Below are positions 23,756 through 37,099 of a stretch of DNA of 64,000 nt, in pieces (the first letter of the stretch is position 1; every line of letters starts with the position of its first letter). Below the pieces are notes generated by a model. That model did not search any database. It had not been told where the DNA came from and worked only from the letters and a program-made list of their open reading frames with translations. Position numbers and translations under genes: made by a program. Origin of the DNA: Anthoceros angustus (taxonomy: Eukaryota > Plantae > Anthocerotophyta); the NCBI GenBank assembly GCA_010909165.1, contig MU008181.1:310001-374000 (forward strand), in the 5' to 3' direction.

Positions 23756-24620
23756 TTAGTAAAATGCAATGTGTTAAACCTAAAGTGGTACCAGGTTGCA
23801 GAGCAAAATAAAATGGAAAAGGACTCATGAATCTAGAAATTTTGTGGTTCTTCTTGAGGTTCTAAGATGAACCATATTGATTTTTCATTTAATTATTATT
23901 TTTATTTACATATAACATACAAGGTCCACAATCAAACAAAAGGGATTAGGGATTCGGCCCAAAAAGACTTGGAGCTACTGTAGGACTGAAGGGGGAGATA
24001 TTTTAGAGCATGTCGTAGACAAGAGACAATTTCAGTTGTTGAGCGACTACCTTAACCACTGAAGGGGATCTGGTTTTCATGATCTTATATATATATATAC
24101 ATATATATTCATATTTTTATAGATTATAAAGTAGTATTCTATAGTTTTGTGAGGACTTCTTATTTTTTAATCAAGTATTGTACCATGAGATTTATTGTAA
24201 GATATGTGTTGATCTCCACTATTAGTCCACTTGGCATTCTTAGAATGTCCCAATCGGAATGATAACTTCTCAACTGATAAACACTCCCAACTGCACCTCT
24301 TGGTACTTCGACGCTAACTTAAACATACGCTCATAGGTAGTGTGGCATAAATTTAAAATCACTCAAACGCTTCCACTTCTCCTAGTGCCGTCCCAGTGCC
24401 CAAACTCTTGTTCGCACAACAAATACATAATATTTATTTTTAGAAAATCCATAGAAAATCTTATATTGCAGTTGCATTGCCGTCCTCGCTGATCTCTCAA
24501 CTTACTTTAACTTAACTTTTATTAATCTAATTTAACTTAATCTAATTTAAAGAAGGTCTCGGGCACATAGATCTCACAAGAGAAAATAAGCTCACCGCAA
24601 AACAACAAGGACCTATCGAG

Positions 24621-25149
24621 ACTACCGTAGAATAGACTACGGTTCGGTGTAAATTAATTATAAAATCAATAAGCTGGATATTTTAGATATTATTGATTAT
24701 AATGCAAAAATAACAACTATTTTTGTTTTAGGTATACTTCCGCCACAATACAATGGCGTACGATTACCTAGCTAGATGCCGCAACGATAGCATGGCGGCC
24801 GCAATACCACGAGGGCTACGACATCGCTGATAAAAGAGGCGGTCCATGCGATCCGGGGAAAGCAGATTGGGCCATTGCGACTTAGACATGATGTGGTGAT
24901 GATGTGATGTGTAGCAGCGATGTAATAACAACGATCTCTTAAAATTAATTACCAAATGATGTAGGTACTTGATATCTAATTATATTTTAATATTATTTAT
25001 AATATTTATATGTTTAACCTAAAATAAAAAATCTAGAATATGCTCCCTGTCTGAAAATTTAAAATAAGAGGTTCAACACAAAGGTTCTGAAAATTTAAAA
25101 TAAGAGGTTCGACATAAAGGTACCTGACCGTAGTCTACTCTGCGGTAGT
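24621..25149. mobile_element. MITE-like AT-rich element with 23-bp terminal inverted repeats
   Basis: ACTACCGTAGAATAGACTACGGT (24621-24643) versus ACCGTAGTCTACTCTGCGGTAGT (25127-25149) gives a 21/23 inverted match, with further internal inverted AT-rich segments. No clear TSD found. Confidence 0.55.
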
Positions 25150-25640
25150 TTTCAGGCAAGGGTATTAAGTGCCCTAAATATCCCCATAAGAAGAGTGATT
25201 GGTGTGTTTAGTCACAAGAGGAACTTGTACTCACCCCAAACTGGCAAGGACATACCCAGACTAATTTTTAGGCAAGGGTATTAAGTTCTCTTAATTTTAG
25301 TGATTGGTGTGTTTCGTCCTTCTTATAAAGTTAGTTTGCTGGTTTGTTATATGTCCATCATTTCAACAAGAGTAAGTATGTTTTTTGGTTCTAAATTAAT
25401 TTTACAATAGACGTCCATGGTAGATTGGGTTTTCTCATCCATAGCTTTACTCAGACTATGACATAATCTCATCGCTATTTAATAAACCTGGGAAATATAT
25501 CATATCTATATAGTTGTTTTAGACAGGGACATTGCCATATTCCAACGAAAGTGGATGTTGAGACAACCACAGAAATATCGTTCGCTTCCCATTTCAGGTA
25601 GCCATGGTCGCTAAGACTTGGCTTGAGAGCATACATAATT

Positions 25641-26108
25641 GAGCTAGCTAGGGTCGCTAACACCTACACTTGAAATTCTACTGCCCTTTTTTTTGGTGAA
25701 TGTAGCCAAGGTCGCTAACACCTGGTTTGAGCTAGCCAGGGTCTCTAACACCTACGCTTGAAATTCTACCGCTCTTTTTTTGGTGAATATAGCCAAGGTC
25801 GCTAACACCTAGTTTGAGCTAGCCAAGATCGCTAACACGTACACTTGAAATTCAACTGCCCTTTTTTTTGGGTAAATGTAGTCAAGGTCGCTAACACCTG
25901 GTTTGAGCTAACCAGGGTCACTAACACCTACACTTGAAAGAGCTAGCCAGGGTCGCTAACACGTACACTTGAAATTCTACTGCCGTCTTTCTGGTGAATA
26001 TAGCCAAGGTCTCTAGAACCTAGTTTGAGCTAGCCAGGGTTGCTAATACCTACACTTGAAATTCTGCTGCTCTTTTTTTTGGTGAATATAGCCAAGGTCA
26101 GTAACATC
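25641..26108. repeat. Tandem repeat of about 88 bp, about 5.4 copies
   Basis: GAGCTA(G/A)C at 25641, 25729, 25816, 25905, 25940 (partial unit) and 26027. Unit GAGCTAGCCAGGGTCGCTAACACCTACACTTGAAATTCTA...TTTTTTGGTGAATATAGCCAAGGTCGCTAACACC. Confidence 0.92.
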
Positions 26109-26474
26109 TGCACTCCAAATTCTTTTGCCATTTGTTATAGGACGTTATATCATTCTCACCATATTTCTGGACGTGCTCAATGTTTAAATCCGGATTAGAA
26201 CCGAAGACCTCCAGTGTTTGAGACTAATGTGATAACCAACCACAACAAAAGCAAATGACATAACAAATTTATTTATGTTTCGCTAATGGTGGAAGGATGA
26301 CCATGTGAGAGAGTTAGTACAAAATAATAGAGGTAAAAAATAGAATAAATTCTTCTTTTTTCCCCTATAAAAATAAACTACACATACATACATCTGAACT
26401 AGAAAAAAAATAATTTTCTGAGACAAGAGAAAAACAAAATTGTAACCAACTACACTATCCACACTCAGCCTATC

Positions 26475-26511
26475 TATGGCATACCAAAGAGGAGAGGGGG
26501 ACATTTTTTTC
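26475..26511 (+). repeat. Left terminal inverted repeat of the IS3EU/GingerRoot-type element
   Basis: 15-bp perfect plus about 25-bp imperfect inverted match to 48397-48442. Confidence 0.92.
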
Positions 26512-26759
26512 TTCCATAAAACTTTTGGTGTCCGGTTTGGCCAAAATGGGGTAGCCAAAGGGGACTCACCAAAGCGGCCACTTGGCAGTCACGGAAGATA
26601 GAAAGGGAACTTTCTTTTTCCCCGCACTCACTCTTGGTTTTTCTCGCAGCCGGATGAAGAATTTTTTTCCGCGCAGCGTTCTATAGGGTGCGGTGGGTGG
26701 CTTACCTATGCCACCTGCCCGTTTTTAGGGTTCATGTCCTAAGAGATTGGGCGAGATGG

Positions 26760-27330
26760 TTTAGGCGGCGGGCGGCGGCGGGCGGCGGCGGGCGGCGGCG
26801 GGCGGCAGGCACAGGGGCGGGCGGGAGGCGGGCGGGCGGGCGGCGAGTGCGAGGCGGCGGGGCGTGTCGAGCGGCGGCGAGCAAGCGCCTCAGCGGCGGC
26901 GGCGAGCGCCTCATTGTGGCGCGGCGCGCGGCGGCGGCGAGGCGGGCGAGCCCGGCCACCCGCAGGCGTTAGGCGGCAGGCGGCAGGCGGCCGGCGGGTG
27001 GGGTTGCCGCGGGCCGCAGCGGAGAAGGCGTGCGTTGAGGCAAAACGAGGCGGAGGAGGAGAGCTGCGGTGGCGGCGGCGGCGAGCGGCGGCGGCGGCGG
27101 GCGGGGAGGCGGGCGGGCGGGCGGGCGGCAGGCGGGCGAGGCGGGCGGCGGCGGCCTTCCTGCAGGTGACGGGCGGGCGGCGGCGGCGGGCGGGGCAAGG
27201 AGGCGGGCGGGGCAAGGCGGGGAGGCGGGAGGCGGAGGAGGCGGGCGGGCGAGGCGGGCGGCGGCGGGCGGCGGCGGGAGGCGGGGCGTGGCGAGGCGGC
27301 AGGCGGGGCGCGGCTGCGAGGAGGAGGCGG
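26760..27330. repeat. GC-rich (GGC/GGGC) low-complexity subterminal tract
   Basis: Nearly continuous GGCGGCGGGCGGC runs. The long Pro/Arg/Ala ORFs here are a by-product of composition. Confidence 0.9.
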
Positions 27331-29161
27331 CCAGTGCAGTCCTCCCCATCCTTGCACCAAGCAACTAACCTCGTCCTCATTCCTTCGCCCATGGTGATGC
27401 CGAATTGTTTGATGCTCATTTCTTTGCAAGCGGTGACACGCGAGATGGTACTGGTGCCGCAGTATTGTAGGCTTCCAGGTTGTGGGCGGGATGGCGACCC
27501 TCCTCCTCACATGCCCTGCAGCGGGCCTGTGACCCACATGTGTGGGGGCGGCGGAGGAGGGTTCCACGATCTCCTCGAGCTCACCCGATCCTAATATGTG
27601 GAGTGAGTTGTTTCTGGTCTTATGACCCCAAGAAGCCAATGCATCCTTTGTCCTCGAGGAGCTTGATGCGCTTTGACATGAGGACCTAGCGACCTCATCG
27701 CCACATAGAGAACTACCCTTGGACTTGAAGTTCTTTTGGTGAGGGGGCGTGGTCGCGGTATTTGGGTGGACTGGACTTCCCTCTGCGAGTGCCTTCCAGG
27801 CAGGCGCGCACTATTTCATGCATACCCATTTTGATGGGTGGCCATTGGGTCCTAACGATCCTGCGAGGCCTCGCGGTCCAAGCACCCGAGTCACTTTGGA
27901 GGACTTCAAGTGGATGGCCAAGTTTCACTCGACGGCTTGACTCCACGGTACCGCGGCCTCGGCCTTCTCGCCCCCTCCTGGATTTCATCTCAACGTCTTC
28001 TCTGAATTGGGCCTTGCGCCAACCATGTCTTGTGGGAGGAGATGAGCGACCTCTACATCATCGAGGGCGGTGATCATGGGGTTGGGGTGGTGGTCATGTG
28101 CTTTAGGCACCTGTGGGCGAGGGTTTTGATAGGACTTGATGTCAGAGGCCTTTACGGTTTAGATTTGTAGGTGTCTTCGACCCCGCTCCCACGCTTTGAC
28201 TTGACCAAATTTTGGCCTTCCTCTTCGTGTATTCTCACCACTCGGCGGATATCATGCCCACGTTTTCAACTTGGCCCTCGGTTCATGCTTGCCGCGCGCC
28301 GTGTTCGTGCACGCATTTTGGCCGCTTTTCCATTCTCCCTTGGCCTTGTCAACCTCGCTTTTGCCCGCTTTTCCATGTCGTCACGCTTGCTTATTAATTG
28401 ACAACCCAGTGCCTTCTTTCGGTGTGATTTGGGTCCATGAACTCGCTCTTCACAGGTTCGTCGCTTTGATACTTGCCTCCACTTCAAGGAATGCGGTTTC
28501 ACACAAAGGTGATTCCGACAGCGTCTCCACAATTTTCATGCACCATTGTCGGAAGGTCGGGGGAACTTGCGAGAATGTCTCGCCCATGCCTTGCGGCCGG
28601 ACCATTCTTTGGGCGGAGGCTATTCCATGAGCCCTGCGTCATGTGTCCCTGCGGTGGCCCCTCCGGCCCTCACGTTTCTATCCTATCGGCCTGATCCCCG
28701 TCGCCTTCCCTATCCATGTCTCATTGTCTCCCGCTTGCACTACGGCCCGCCTAGTCGCGCCCCGGTGCCACGCGGCGCACCTCATATGAAAAGCGTTACG
28801 AAGAGGTTAAGGGCTCTCCATGTCCACAGTGTGCAGTCGCATTCCACTCCACACCATCTCCTGCGGAGGGATCCCCTCGCGCAATACAAGCACAGTACAT
28901 CACCGCTCTATCGAGCGATACATGTCCGGAGGTAATTTGTACACTTCAAGCACACCTCGTCGCCATGTCCCTCGCCACTTGCATGTCCTACACAAAACAT
29001 TTTGTCATCGTCACAGCTGTTCACATTCGACGGTCTTGGTGGCGTTCACTTACCCTCGGCAATGCTATCGGAGGCGGTGGCACCTCGGTGCAACATTGCG
29101 GCGTCGTCGGGGACATAGTAGTCGTTGTCGTCCTCCTCGTCTACCCCATATGCGGGCGGCC

Positions 29162-30407
29162 CTACCGGGCCCGGCCGCTCCTCCTCTGGAAGGCCTCCGC
29201 GGGGACGTGGCCTGCTATGTCATCGTCTCCCGACCTCATTTTCCTCACCACATGCAAGTTCCACACCCGAACGAAAGTCGCCAGCTCTGTCCTCATGGTG
29301 GGCATGAATGCTGCGTGCAAGGAATGTATGTGCCAAGGGTTCGTGGTATCCAACTCACGGCTGTCCTGCAGCTCCAACATGTACCTCTTGTACAGGAAGC
29401 CCCACTTCTCCTTCAGCGCCCTCCAGAAGTGCTCGATGCGCTGCCTCACACCCACGTACCCACCCACCAACCACGCCGTTATGTCTGGCACGGGCTCCGG
29501 CGTCCGGAAATTGCGCAGGCCGCATTCGGCAAGCAGAATGCGGCAAATCCCCTTCACATGACATCCAGTATCCACCTTACCTGATTGTGCACCGATGGCC
29601 CCCGAATGAAGTTCCTACCGTTCTCTCGCGGCCTACTGGTTCAGTCCTCCTCAACTAGGTTGTGCTCCGTGTCGGACGAATCCTGCGGGTGCCCAAACCT
29701 CGCACCGCCTCCACGCCTTGTAGCCTTGTTCCCCGCTTGTTGTCCTCGGCCCGCCCACGTTATGTAGTCGTTGCCCCATCTATGGCGTGCACCACGAAGT
29801 GGAACATGTACATCTTGTCGTGCAAGACACCCGCACCGTTAGCTTCATGCCTTGTCTTTGCGGCTATCACTCAGCGACCACCATGTGCTCCAAGTTCCGC
29901 ACTCACGATCCATGTGCCACATGTACGTTACATTACGTGTATTGCACCGCGAATCGCTGCGACCTCATTTCCATGGCCTCGGTGCATGGCTCGCAATCTT
30001 TGCCGTCACACCTCTCAGGCACGGCGGCCAGCCCGGCCGCGGTCTTGCTGCACAATCCTCACTCCCCAGTTCACACCCTGCCGCGTGATGGTCACATTTT
30101 GTAGGATGAGGTTGCAGACGTCTTCTATTGTTCTCAGCGGACCCGCGTAGCAGCCTCTCCATCCTGGGCACCGTGCCAGCCACCTCCTCAACGTCCGCGG
30201 TGCACATCCCAGCTCGCCTGCGAGCCCTTTCAATGTCCGTCCCGCCCTCCTCCGCCCCTCTGCGATGTTCCTCAAAGTCTCCACTTCGAAAGGGCAGCCT
30301 GCCGACCGTTCCCTTCCCTCTCCCCGCCGCTCGCCCTCTGTTTCAGTATCAGAGGGCTCTGTGATCGTCTCCACCTCCGACACTTCGCTTTCCTCCCCTT
30401 CCTCCAT
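29162..30407 (-). pseudogene. Intron-containing IS3EU/GingerRoot-like DDE transposase, copy 1 (frameshifted as assembled)
   Basis: N-terminal HTH (LAGELGCAPRTLRRWL), then MWHMD|gtgagt intron, DKMYMFHFVVHAIDG, FGHP..SD and FIRGPSVHNQ. A 140-nt GT-AG intron (29580-29441) follows, then RIEHFWRALKEKWGFLYKRYMLELQDSRELDTTNPWHIHSLHAAFMP.MR.EL.TFVRVWNLH. The 3' extent beyond 29162 is uncertain. Confidence 0.82.
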
Positions 30408-33400
30408 CGGATCCCCCCCTCCCGTCCTCTCCGCGCCCTCGGCCCCTCCATCTCCCCCCCACCCTTGCAGCACGCGCCATCTCCCCTCCGCCCCCACCCA
30501 CCCCATACGGTCGCCCGGCCTCACCCGGACCCCTCCGCCCCTGCCATCCTCTCATTGCCCTGTGCCCCGGCCCCTCCGCCTCGCCTCGCACCCGCTGGGC
30601 CTCGGCCCGCCCCCTCCGTCCCTCCTCCGGTTCCCTTTGCGGCCCGCCCCTTCCTCCCACCCGCGCCCGCGCCCAGCCCACCCACCCGCCGTCACTCGCA
30701 CCCGGATGGCGCTCACGGCCCGCCCCTCCGCCCCTTCCTCCTTCCGCTCCAGCGCCCTCGCCGCGCCCCTCCGCCCGTCCCTCCTACCGCTCCGCGCCCT
30801 CGCCCTCTCCCCTCCCACTCCGCCCCTCCCTCCCTCCTCCGCGCCTCGGCCCGCCCCCCTCGGTCCCTCCATCCAACCCCAGCGTCCGACCCCCGTTCAC
30901 GCCATCCACCCCGCCTCGTCATCACCCTCATCTCCCCTCCTTCCCCACACCGTCGCCCGCCCCTCATCGCCGCCCCTCCGCGCCATCAATCCGCCATGCC
31001 ACAGGCGAACCCAACCCGCCCGTTCTCGGCGTCCCCATGATCACTGCGGTGTTTGCGTACTCGGGCCTATCCTCACCAGCCTGCCTCGCCGTTGCGTGGT
31101 CTCGGTGGGATTCACTACTTGAGCGGTCGGGTTTGACCGCCGCCTTTGTTCCATCGACAATGCGTGGTTTCCCTCATCTCCGGCCGTATGTCGAATAATT
31201 CCGCTTTCACGCCACCGGTTTCATGAAATGAACGCTCATGTGCCTTATTCACTTCGACGCTTTGGGTTGCTTGATGACCCCATGCCTAAGGACATTCATG
31301 CGCCTTGCTTCTTTCCACAAATCCACGATACAATGTTTGACAAATACCGACCCCACCATTATTCCTCGCCTTTCCACCCCACAACTCTCGGTGATAGGCC
31401 ACTGGTGTGTGCACGTTGAAGAGAAACACGAGACTCTTTGTAGCGGCCCCCACTCGGAATTTCGGGCTCCCATATCTGCGCGGTGCTCGAGGATGGCGTG
31501 AGCACGCAAAGCCTCCTCTTGACAAAGAAGCTCACCTTGTCCACACAAGACATACGCGATCCCGGTTGTCAAGGAGAACGGCAACCGACATTGCGGCGGC
31601 ACCCCTCGACTCCGCGCGGGCAATTGTCATTCGCCCGCCGATCGGCACATCGCCAACATGCCCATGTAGTCCTGCCGGTCCACACATCTAAGCGGGGAAA
31701 TGCTGGCGGTCCATACAGTGATGCACCAGTGTCACATCCCCACTCCACCAGCCACCCGCCCCTTTGCGGTCTCCGCGCATGCTCCTTTTCGAGGATGCAT
31801 GGCGATCCGATTCAGCGAGCATCGTGTCCACCACTCGCATGGTACACGTGGGTCAGCGATCGAACCCACCCGTACACGTCGACCATCGTCACCAAGCACG
31901 CGCGGCTTGCATCCGCCTCACCACCACCATTGCTTGCACTCTTACGAGCGGCCAACTCCATCGCCTTCCATCCCTTCTCCTTCCGTGTTGGACCCGCCCC
32001 AACCCACCAATCCGTGGCGGAGGCTCCTTGTTCTTCGCAGCCTCCGCAATTCAAATGTGTCCATGTGCTGAAATAGATACCCTCGGTGCATGTCTTGCAA
32101 CCCACAAATCCACAATGCATTGCCCACCTCTCATCCGGAGCATCCTCCACTGGCATGGTTCCATCCGCACGCACCAAAACCACCCACGAGTCCAAGCCCG
32201 CAGCTTGTCTCCTCCGATGCCTCGAAGACATGCGCCACCATGTCCCTCCATCCGCTATGCGACGTGCGAATGTCGTCAAGCGCGTTGCGAACACGGCATG
32301 GACGGCGGATGTCGGCGTCTCTACCTCGTCAACGCGCGCCCCTGCCGCCATCGTGTCCCTGTCCCTGTTCGTTCGCCGCGGATCGCGCTTTGCTGTGTGG
32401 CCCCCATCCCAAAACAACCGCGCATCGAGCCACCGCCGCCTTCTTCGTTCCATGCTCGAATGTTCCCCACCCTCCTTTCCTTAGCCTTTGCGCGACCCCA
32501 ACCCCAGCTGTTCACGCCCCGCTCTCACAGGTCTTGCACAGCCACTGCACCGGACCGCGATTGAAGTTCCCAATGTCCCTTCACCCACAGGGTTTCGTCG
32601 ACTTCCGTTGTCGCGCCCTCCGGCGTCGTCGGAAACGGTGGTCCTGCTCTGCCCGATGACCCGGCCATGGCTCCACGATTTCCACAACTCGGACTGTCGC
32701 AGGAGAATGGAGTGTCCCTCCAACGGCGGCGCGCATGGACTCTTCCTTCCGAAATTGAATAAGGCGGGCATCGCGATTTTCGGAGGCACCGCAGAGGCGA
32801 TGTCATTGCTCCTCCGCCACACTTTAAGATTCCACGCGCCGCGTTGTCCTTCTCGACCGCGGTGCATTAATTCGCCTCCTTTGTGTGCACAAGCTACCTC
32901 CTTGCCCCACATACTCACAGCGAACACCGCGACCAATGAACACGCAACTTGCGTCATCAATAATTACCAATGGGATGGCATTTGAAACATGTAGTCCACA
33001 ATCCCAACGAACATCACATCACACAACGACTTGGCCACCTCTCTACAACGGCTCGGCAATCTCGCTAGGCCATGCCATAAACCGTGTTGTGAGAAATGGC
33101 GGTCGGCACCTCGCGCACATAGTGTCCTCGTCATACAATGGAAGGAGCAATGTCCGCACGTCATGGGTGAGCCTGTCCTCCGTCATCAATGGTACTTCAA
33201 ACACCACAATTGGCCCCTCACCAAAGAACACGCGGTCCGTAATGAAGGTGTAGCTTCCTCTGTCGCAAAGACAACCTACGCCTGGCGAACATGGTCTTAT
33301 TTCGGTGCATGCCTCAAAGGTCGTCCGTTCGAGTTATCTGCATACATCCTTGAGCCGGAGAAAAAGCGACCACCTCCAAAGATAACGTGTTCACAATGGG

Positions 33401-35149
33401 CATCACCGGCGTCAAGCTGCACCACAAGTCCGAACCCGCCCCACAAGCCCCCAACATGCAAGCACTTTTAAACAAGACCTCCTCGGTTAGCCTCTCGACC
33501 ATGCTCACCTCCATGCCAAGTGCGGTCCCGGACGGCGTGCAAAATGTCGAAAAACTCGGATCCCGTGATGAGGGCAACGGCCTCCTTGATGGCCATGCGC
33601 CGTCCGCGCACTTGCCGAGGCCTTCTTCAAGATAGACAACACACCCATCACCTCCGGGTAGCACGCTTTCATGTCCGCCTTGAAGGCCTTCCTCAAGAAC
33701 GATGAGCCCGGCGCATCTTGCCACACACCTTGACGCCGTCCATCCGGCGCCAAGGCGTGTGCAATTGTGGTCATGGGGCATGACACTTGCACGGCCAAAG
33801 ACCATGTACACGAGGTAGCCAAAGAACCGAGCACAGAGTCGAGGCCTGTTAGAATGAAAGGCCAGGGGCTATGATGAACACTCCACACACACGCGACTCA
33901 CCACACAATCGCTCATCCGAGATGGACTTCCCCTTGTGGTGCGGTGTCCACAGCCCCGGGGTTGTCCCTCGCCTCAAACACGCAGTTCATGAACATGGGA
34001 TTCGCTGCCGCCATGCCTCGGGCCGTGGCGAGTCGGCCTAAATCCTCTCCGCCTCGGCAAACTACCCCCATGCCGGGTTGCGATCGGACATGGAACCGTG
34101 GGAACACAGACTTCCCATCACAATGTTGCTTGAAGAGGTCGTCAGGCCCGCATTCGCTGCCACTCTACACACCCGCAAAGCGGTCGGAAAGTGGCCATGG
34201 CAGCGTATCTGGGCACTTCAATTCTTGAATGGCAAGGGCGGAGGTCTACCTTCAGACAATCCGCCTCTTACACGGTGATCTGCGCTCGTGGATGGGCTCC
34301 AGTGGTATTTGTGAGGCGAACCGGCGCATAGCGGAGTTGGCGGCATCGTGGGCCTCTTGCGCCACTTCCGTAAAGCGCCCGACGTCTCCCTCACAACGCG
34401 CGCTGCCCGCGGCGGGCGCTCTTCCATTCTCCTTGGCCTTGTCAACCCGCCGCCCCGCCTTTCCATGTGGCCACGCTTGCTTATTAATTGACAACCCATA
34501 CAGCCGCCTTCTTTCGTGATTTGGGTCCGCTGGAACTCGCTTCCTGAGGTTCGCCGCTTTGATAGCCGCCCACTTCAAGGGAATGCCACACAAAGGTGAT
34601 TCCGACACGCTGCCTCCACAATTTTCATGCACCATTTTGAAGGTCGTGATGTAACGGTGGAATGTCTCGCCATGCCTTGCGGCCGGACCGCAGAAACCTT
34701 GGTCGGAGGAGGCTATTCCATGAGCCTCGCATGTGTCCACTGTGGCCCCTCCGCACTTATCCTATCGGCGGTGATGCCCCGCCCCGCCGCCTTCCCTATC
34801 CATGTCTCATTGCCTCCCGCTTGCACTACAGCCGCCTGCCGCCCGGCCACCCGCGACGCACCTCATATGAAAAGTGCTCAAGAGGTTAAGGGCTCTCCAT
34901 GTCCACAGGTGCACGGGTTCCGCATTCCACTCCACACCATCTCCTGCAGAGGATCCGCCGCAATACAAGCACATGCCACCGCCTATGCGATACATGTCCG
35001 GAGGTAATTTGTACACTTCAAGCCCGCCTCAGACGCCATGTCCTCGCCACTTGCATGTCCTACACAAAACATTTGTCGTCATCAAGAATCGCTGTGTGTT
35101 CACATTCGTGACGGTCGGCCGACGCTCACTTACCCCCACAAGAATGCTA

Positions 35150-36379
35150 TGAGGAGCGGTGGCACCTCCGTGCAACATTGCGCATCGCGTGGTCCGGGGA
35201 CATAGTAGTCGTTGTCGCCTCCTGCCTACCCCCATATGCGGCCCTACCCAGCCACCCGCCTCCTCCCCTGGAAGGCCTCCGGGACGTGGCTCCTATGTCA
35301 TCGCCTCCCGACCTCATTTTCCTCACCGCAAGTTCCACACCCTAACGAAAGTCACGTCTCTCATGGTGGGCATGAATGCGGCAAGGAATGTATGTGCCAA
35401 GGGTTCTGGTATCCAACTCACTACCGTCCCGCAGCTCCAACATGTACCTCTTGTATGTGAAGCCCCACTTCTCCTTCGCGCGCCTCCGGCGTTCGCTCAC
35501 ACCCACCCACCCACCAACCACGCCTGCTATGTCCGCACGGCCCGGCCGGAAGTTCCAGCCGCATTGTGAAGCACATTGCGGCAAATCCCTTCACATGACA
35601 TCCAAGATCCACCTTACCCGATTGTGCACCGATGGCCCCGAATGAAGTTCCTCCTGCCTTCTACCGGTTCAGTCCTCCTCAACTAGGTTGTGCTCGCAGC
35701 AAATCGACCGAATCCGGGGTGCCCCAAACCACGCACCGCCTCCAGACGCCTTGTAGATTGTTCCCCGCTTGTTGTCCTCCAAGACCGCCCACGTTATGTA
35801 GTGCCCCATCTATGGCCGCGTGCACTCAAGTGGAACATGTACATCTTGTCGACTGCAAAGACAACACTCGCACTGCTAGCTTGTCGTGCCTGTGCCGCGG
35901 CTATCGACTCCGACCACCATGTGCTCCAAGTTCCGACACTCACCATGTGCCATGTACATCTGTTCTGTGTATTGCACCACCAATGCGCACGCGACTCATT
36001 TCCATGGCCTCCTACCGCATGGCTCGCAATGCGCCACCGCCTGGCACGAGCACTCACTGCCCGCAGGTCGCCTCGCACAATCCTCACTCACACCCCGCGT
36101 GATGGTCACATTTTGTAGGATGAGGTTGACGCCTTCTATTGTTCTCTGACCAGGTGCGCCTCTCCATCCGGCACCGCGTGCCACCTCCTCAACGTCGCGG
36201 TGACATCCCGCTCGCGAGCCCTTTCAATGTCCGGCCCCGCCTCCTCCGCCTCCGCGATGTTCCTCAAAGTCTCCACTCAAAGGGCAGCGCCGACTGCCTC
36301 TTCCTCTCCCCCGCCGCCTGCTTTCGAGTGAGGGCTCGTGATCGCCTCCACCTCCGACACTTCGCCTCCCTTCCTCCAT
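35150..36379 (-). pseudogene. IS3EU/GingerRoot-like DDE transposase, copy 2 (more indels)
   Basis: Homologous to 29162-30407. It retains the ttgcag acceptor before GACAAGATGTAC that copy 1 lacks; KEKWGFTYKRYMLEL is visible. Confidence 0.75.
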
Positions 36380-37099
36380 CGGATCCCCCTCCTGCCCCTT
36401 CCGCGCCTCGGCCCCTCCATCTCCCCTTGCAAGACGCCCCATCTCCCCTCCGCCCGCCCACCCCATACGGCCTCACCAAGACCCTCCGCCTCCCGCCATC
36501 CTCTCATTGCCTGCCCTGCCCGCCTCCGCCTCACTGCCCGCCCGCCCTCCGCCTGCCCTCCCTCCCGGTCTCAGACACGCCCGCCTCCCTTCCTCCCACC
36601 CGCGCGCCCACGGCCCGCCCACCCGCCTCCACTCGACGGATGGCGCCACGGCCCGCCCTCCGCCTTCCTCGCCCGCCCCGCCTGCCCTCCGCCTGCCCTC
36701 CTACTCGCCCGCCTCCGCCTCCCACTCCGCCTCCTCCTCCCTCCTCCGCGCCCGCCTCCCCCCGCCCGCTCCGCCCCTCCATCCAACCCCATCGTCCGGC
36801 CCCCCTGCTCACGCCGCCATCCACCCGCGCCTGCTATCACCCTCATCTCCTCCTTCCCGACACCGCCTTCGCCTCATCGCTACCGGACCCGCGCCATCAA
36901 TCCGACCATCGCCTCGAACCCAACCCCGCCTGCTCTCCGCCGCCCCCATGATCACGCAGTGTTTCGCGACTGGCCTATCCTCACCAACCGCCTCGCTATG
37001 CGTGGTCTCCCGAGGTCGATTCACTACTTGAGCTGGTCGGGTTCAAGACCGAGCACGCCACTTGTTCCATCTATCGACAATGCGTCCTCATCTCCCCGT

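Noticed and set aside
26722-26732. TTTAGGGTT telomere-like/telo-box motifs near the element ends (also about 48114)
   Set aside because: Single short motifs expected by chance; no array.
26688-27639. Long Pro/Arg/Ala/Gly-rich ORFs (also 30265-31122, 36139-37147 and 45446-47358)
   Set aside because: Open in several frames on both strands because GC-rich low-complexity DNA lacks stop codons.
32990-33010. DCGLHV resembling a Ulp1 protease catalytic motif, and ELKCP (about 34225) resembling a YqaJ nuclease motif
   Set aside because: Surrounding catalytic residues are absent and the frames contain stops; isolated short matches are not sufficient.
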